Source: the human T2T-CHM13v2.0 reference genome, Homo sapiens. Taken from it: 64,000 bases of DNA. Below the pieces are notes generated by a model. It did not search any database and had not been told where the DNA came from. It saw only the letters and a program-made list of their open reading frames with translations. Of the stretch, positions 59,698-64,000 are shown in pieces (position 1 is the stretch's first letter; every line of letters begins with the position of its first letter). The DNA lies in assembly GCF_009914755.1 (NCBI RefSeq), contig NC_060936.1; one strand, given 5' to 3'. A program made the translations under genes and the position numbers.

Positions 59698-62600
59698 CAT
59701 TGGCCCGTCAGCTTCTTGCCACTGGGTAACCTCGTGCAATCTTGCAATTTTCTAGCCGGGGAAGACTGGGGAGCCCCTGGCCATGGGCGCAGTGGGGAAG
59801 TTTCTATCCTTAGAGAACAAGGCTGAGCTGGAGGAACACAGCAAGCTAGTGGGAGGAACACAGGTAGCCTGGTATCACTTGAAGGCACAACCCAAGGGTG
59901 ACATGCAGGGCTCTGGAGAACCAGAGGGGTGCACGCCCTCGCTTCCAGGGCCCTGTGCAAATGCAGCACCGTGTGCGCCCCTATCTGCACCCCATGGCTG
60001 CACCTGGTCGGAGCAACAGCATGGAACAGCTGCAGCTTTGGGTCGGGAGGCCGCCCTGGGGCAGGTGGCTGGGCAGAAACAGTGCACTACGGCCAGGCTG
60101 AGAGGAAGAAGCCCTTCCCTGGGCCTCAGCAACTGACTGAGCGTAATCCTTACAACCGGTGGGAGCCGCTGGAGGGTTAAGGTACAGACACCCTCAGCCC
60201 ACTGCTCCGAGGAGGAGGGGACCGGTTCGCCTGCATTCCAGGGCAAGTGCTGCAGCTGCATCCCTCACATTCCTGTACCCACCTAGGGGCTCCGGGTGGA
60301 AGGAAACCTGGGTCCCCTTGTACCTACAATGGGGGGATGTCCCCCAGACTGTGGCTCTGGGGACCCCGGTTGATCCACTGACGCATGGCACTCAATATCA
60401 GATTAAAGAGAATCAATTAAAACCTTCCGCCCCCACCCCCGACTGCAGCACAGAAACAAGCCAGGCTTCTTCCTCCTACCTAAGCCCCTGCCACTTCTTA
60501 GTGTGTGATAAAGACTATCAAGACCAGAGGCCTGGAGCTGGACAGGTGCCAAGAGAGAGGAGCTAAAAGTCCATCTCTCTGAGGGGGTGGGAGGACCCAG
60601 AGCGATTCCATTCTCTCCTCCCAGGCTCTGAGGACTTTCAGTGTTACAACTTGTACGGTGAATCCTCAGTCACCTGGGCTCTGCTCAATGGCTGAACTGC
60701 TCGGATAGGCTGCTTAACTGCTTTTGTGCCTCAGTTTCCTTGTCTGCCCAATAGGAATTCCACCATTTTACTCACAGGATTGGGACTACATGAGAAAAAG
60801 ATATAAAGTGCTGACTTAGCACAGTGCCTGGAATACAGCACACAGGAAATGGGAGTTGCTAAATAGATTACAAGCTTCTTCCCAGGGAGGTGTTAAGCCC
60901 TAGGAGGGGAAAGAAATCACCTCCCCGTCCTATCCAATCCCTGAGGGCAAAGGGTGCTGCCCTCTAGTCCCAGATCAGCAGGAAGCAGGTAAATGTGGGG
61001 CATGGAGCCAGCTTTTCCATCCCTTCTTGGAGTTTACAGGCTGCCCTGCCACACCAGCCCCAGCGCCAGGGCCCCGTGGTCCCTGCCCACCTTTGCCATT
61101 CTGGACTCCTCCACCAGCAGCCCCAGGCAGAACTAGAAGAGGTATAGTCCTGTGGCCCTCAGGCAGCGCCCCACCTTAGCACGCCTTGCATTCTCGAGGC
61201 CTGGCCCAGGAGAGGCCCACGTAAGAACAAGGTATTTTCCAGCCCCTTCACCCACCTTCTTCTGCAGGCCAATTTCACTCAGCTTTCATTGCCCCAGGCA
61301 GGGAGCGGCCAGTGCAGCTTCCTTAGGAGCTGACAAGCCAAAGGAAGGAGCAGCGAGCACCGCCCTGAAAGCTCCAGCACCAGCAGCAACGGGCTGCCAT
61401 AGCACAGGGGCCTTCCCCGCAGCCCTGGGCCAGCTGTCCATCCCTGCCATCTGATAGGAAACCCAGACTCCCAGAGAAACAAGTCCCTGTCCTAGGGGGT
61501 CTGGGGATGCCCAGCCTCATGGCCTGTCTATCCTGTTGGGTCCAGAACTCTGGACAAGGGAGGTTCCCAACCCCCTGATGACCACCTGGGCAGCCTTGGT
61601 AGCTCTGAGTGTCAGAGAAGCTGCGGCCTCCTTACAGTTGCCCACGCTCAGGGATATAAGCAGTGAGCAGGGCTTGGCCCTTCCTAAGGAAGGAGCTATG
61701 TAAACAGCAGGACCAGCTCAGGGATGGTCTCATCTCAGCCCCTTTGGTGAGACTCTTCCAGATTAGGAAGGAAAACAGAACGGGAAGGCGGGTCTCCCCC
61801 CTCCCCCTGGCTCCAAGTTCCCCTCCCCTCCCCCAGCCCAGAGCACATGAGCAGTTAGAGCAGAGGTAATCTAATCCGCAGCGGGGTGCTTTCACTCGGT
61901 GAGTAAGTCCCCAGGAATGGTGAGCTGGGTATATTTATCCTGATAACCGTCTGTCCTCAGTAAGGGCCAATCCACAATTAGGCCAGATCCACTCTGCCCC
62001 ACCCACCCCCAGCCCAGGGACCTAGGGCCTGGACACTGACTAGGAACTCAGTCTCCTTGAGGGGCCTTCCCTGCCAATTTGGGTTCTTGTCAACTGTCTC
62101 CTCTCCAAGAATTAAGCTCCAGAGAGCAGGGGCCTTGTCGGTCTTGTTCGATGCCATATCCCCAGCAGCTAGAATGAATGGCTGAATGACAGAGGGGCTG
62201 TGAAGAGGAGGAGGATGGGGAAGCAGCAGTGAGCAGAGCAAACAGCCAGTGCGGAGGAGGGGAGCCAGGATGCCCTGATCCCAGGCCCAGCGGATGAGTG
62301 GGGGCCCCTCAGCGGATCCTCTAACCTCTCTGGATGTCTTCTCTATCAAGAAAATGGGCAGAACCCGATTTGTCCCCATTCCTAGTAGCATGCTCTGAGG
62401 AGATAATACAATTATGGGTGAGATTTATATAGCACCTTTGAGCTCTTCCGAGTTAGTCTAAATCCAAGATTCTGCTATTATCTGAATCCCAGACAGGAAC
62501 TGCTCTGCTAAGAGGATGGATGAGAAACGATCAATACCATAGTGTCATTTAAATATTTAATAGCCATGCCTGGAGGTTACAAAGACTCAGCCACCAATTC

Positions 62601-63199
62601 TCCTCCGCTGACTCATGCCTCACTCAACAGGAACTGCATTTTACCCTTACAGCCCTGAAGGAAGTGTGGGCTGGGGGGTGACACACAGGAAGCCAGGGGA
62701 GAAGGCCCAGGAGTCTTCCAGTCAGCCGCCAGGGGAGGAGGGGGTGGTCATTTGGATGAAGTGGTTCTTCCCCAGGCTTCCTACAGGCCTAGCTTAGGAG
62801 GGTGGCTTCCTGTATGCTGAGGAGCTCTTCCTTGCAGAGGGTGACACAATATGAGTGTGCAGACAGACTGGCTTTATTGGCTGCCTGGCTTGTGCCCAAG
62901 GTCACAGGGCACAGGTAACCAGAGACCTGAGAAAATAATGGCTGCAAGGCAACTCCAGCAGTCACCCTGAGCTCCAGGCAGAAGACCAACTGTGCCAGGC
63001 CCATCTGCACCAGGCACACACAAGGCCCACCCATCAGGCTCCTGGCTGCAGCCACTTCCCCATCAAATTGGGCTCCAGGAGCTTAAGCAACAGCAGGTGA
63101 GACAAGGCTGCCCAGGTTGACTCTGAGCACTTCTATGCATCTGCCTTAGGCTACAGACACAGGAGTTCAGGCCAGGCTGGCCAAACACCAGAGTCTTTC

Positions 63200-63492
63200 T
63201 CTTCTTTTTTTCTTTTTTTGAGACAAGTCTTGTTCTGCCACTCAGGCTAGAGGCCTGATCACAGCTCATTGCAGCCTAGAATTCTTGGGCTCAAGGGATC
63301 TTCCTGCCTCAGCCTCCCGAGTAGCTAGGACTAAAAGCACATGCCACCACACTAGGCTTTTAAAAACTTTTTTGTAGAGACAGGGTCTCACTATGTTGCC
63401 CAAGCTGGTCTTGAACTCCTGGCCTCAAGCCATCTTCCTGCCTGGGCCTTCCCAAAGTGCTGAGATTACAGACAGGAGCCACCATGCCCATC
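63200..63492 (-). mobile_element. AluJ-like element
   Basis: Degenerate Alu consensus on the - strand. Confidence 0.85.
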
Positions 63493-64000
63493 CCCAGAGT
63501 CTCTTTCATATTGTAAATAACTCATCTCTCCTGTCCAGAATCAGTGGGCCCTCCCTCCTCCAGAGGTCCCAGAACATTGTGGACACATTTCATTGGTCAG
63601 ATGTCATCCACCTCTTTAGGTCGCCCAGAGATGCTAGACCTTTTCAGGTCAAGTCCAGGGCCCCATTCCAGGCCCAACTCACAGCTCCTTCAATGGGTAA
63701 AACCCAGATTCACATACAAAAAAGACAGCCTCAAACCCAGGAGACTCATGGGCTGGAAAGGTTCTCAGCTGTTCCAAATCGACCCCAGCCCATTCCTGCA
63801 ATCTGGGCTCTTCCAGGCAAGTTGATCTGTTGCAGAGCAGGGCGGCTCCTTGGGCCTCTCACCCCTGCTAATCACCAACAGAGGTTAGGAGGGGCTCAAA
63901 GTGAGTCATCGTCCCACAGAGACCCGAACAAAAAGTTCAAAAGTTTGCCTGTTCCTGAGATGAGCTGCAGTTTTTTTGCGATTTTTGTGGATTTCATAGC

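Overview
Human (primate) genomic DNA, recognisable as the chr12q24 GCN1-RPLP0-PXN-AS1-PXN locus. Minus strand: GCN1 exons 1-15 (first 1519 coding nt; the gene runs off the left edge), the complete RPLP0 gene (uL10, 954-nt CDS, 317 aa) and PXN from intron 1 to its poly(A) signal. PXN includes the beta and gamma inserts, a three-exon 490-aa cassette and a candidate alternative first exon. Plus strand: the lncRNA PXN-AS1, head-to-head with RPLP0 and overlapping the PXN 3' end. Splice junctions were read by hand and checked for frame continuity. The introns are very Alu-rich, with hAT DNA transposon remnants (MER1B, MER3, MER5, MER20, MER30, MER58) and MIR/L2; most ORFs in the track are Alu or antisense artefacts. 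Best leads: (1) an in-frame RPLP0 exon 7 to GCN1 exon 2 read-through junction that would fuse two GCN2 activators; (2) an alternative-acceptor uORF in the RPLP0 TOP leader; (3) an Alu insertion that duplicated the GCN1 exon 12 donor; (4) the long paxillin cassette with twin GC donors, an LC8-like motif and an LD-like motif; (5) an alternative PXN first exon that breaks LD1; (6) an antisense exon covering a miRNA seed site in the PXN 3'UTR. All functional claims are hypotheses.
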